64,000 nucleotides of DNA, from NCBI GenBank assembly GCA_053919585.1, contig CM132794.1, one strand, 5' to 3'. Position 1 is the stretch's first letter. Every line of letters starts with the position of its first letter. The notes under the pieces are model-generated. The model saw only the letters and a program-made list of their open reading frames with translations, did no database searches and was not told the DNA's origin. Position numbers and translations under genes: made by a program. This DNA comes from Euprymna scolopes. Its lineage: Eukaryota. Positions 63,743 to 64,000 of this stretch are shown in pieces.

Positions 63743-64000
63743 AATATACAAGGTGCCTTCAATAATTTTTTTAGACTTTTCTGTACAGGGACTTAAAATT
63801 GTCGTAGACTTTTAAAAATTCAGTTTGTTAGTGCTGTACATCGTATGAGATGACTGACTTATTTTTATGATTTCAAGTAAAAAATGACAGCAGAAATTGA
63901 ATACACTTTACTAACGCCAGTTGTCACAGCTAGTGACTTTCAAAAATACAATCTAAACGCGACGACATTTTAGAAGAACGACATGCAATAAAATTCTGTT

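Overview
AT-rich animal genomic DNA from a draft scaffold with many short N gaps. The repeat landscape suggests an invertebrate, possibly a cephalopod mollusc (inference only). I see no intact protein-coding gene, rRNA, true tRNA or CRISPR array. The window is a mosaic of decayed mobile elements and microsatellites: two CR1-like LINE families, RTE LINE remnants, a mariner and a Tc1 pseudogene, non-autonomous Helitron/HINE-like elements, MITEs, a solo LTR and Penelope-like element (PLE) fragments. One host-gene relic is recognisable: a non-processed WDR20/DMWD-family fragment (about 60000-61917) split by a 1.5-kb TIR element with a target-site duplication. The most notable hidden layer is RNA. 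About ten type-I hammerhead ribozyme motifs from at least four sequence families occur, all with self-complementary stem III regions. They include a head-to-head pair on opposite strands (53454-53571) and a TSD-flanked 461-bp element (50457-50917) joining telomere-like repeats, a tRNA-like Pol III head and a PLE-type hammerhead tail, a candidate Penelope-mobilised SINE. All calls come from reading the sequence by eye; boundaries of old repeats are approximate.
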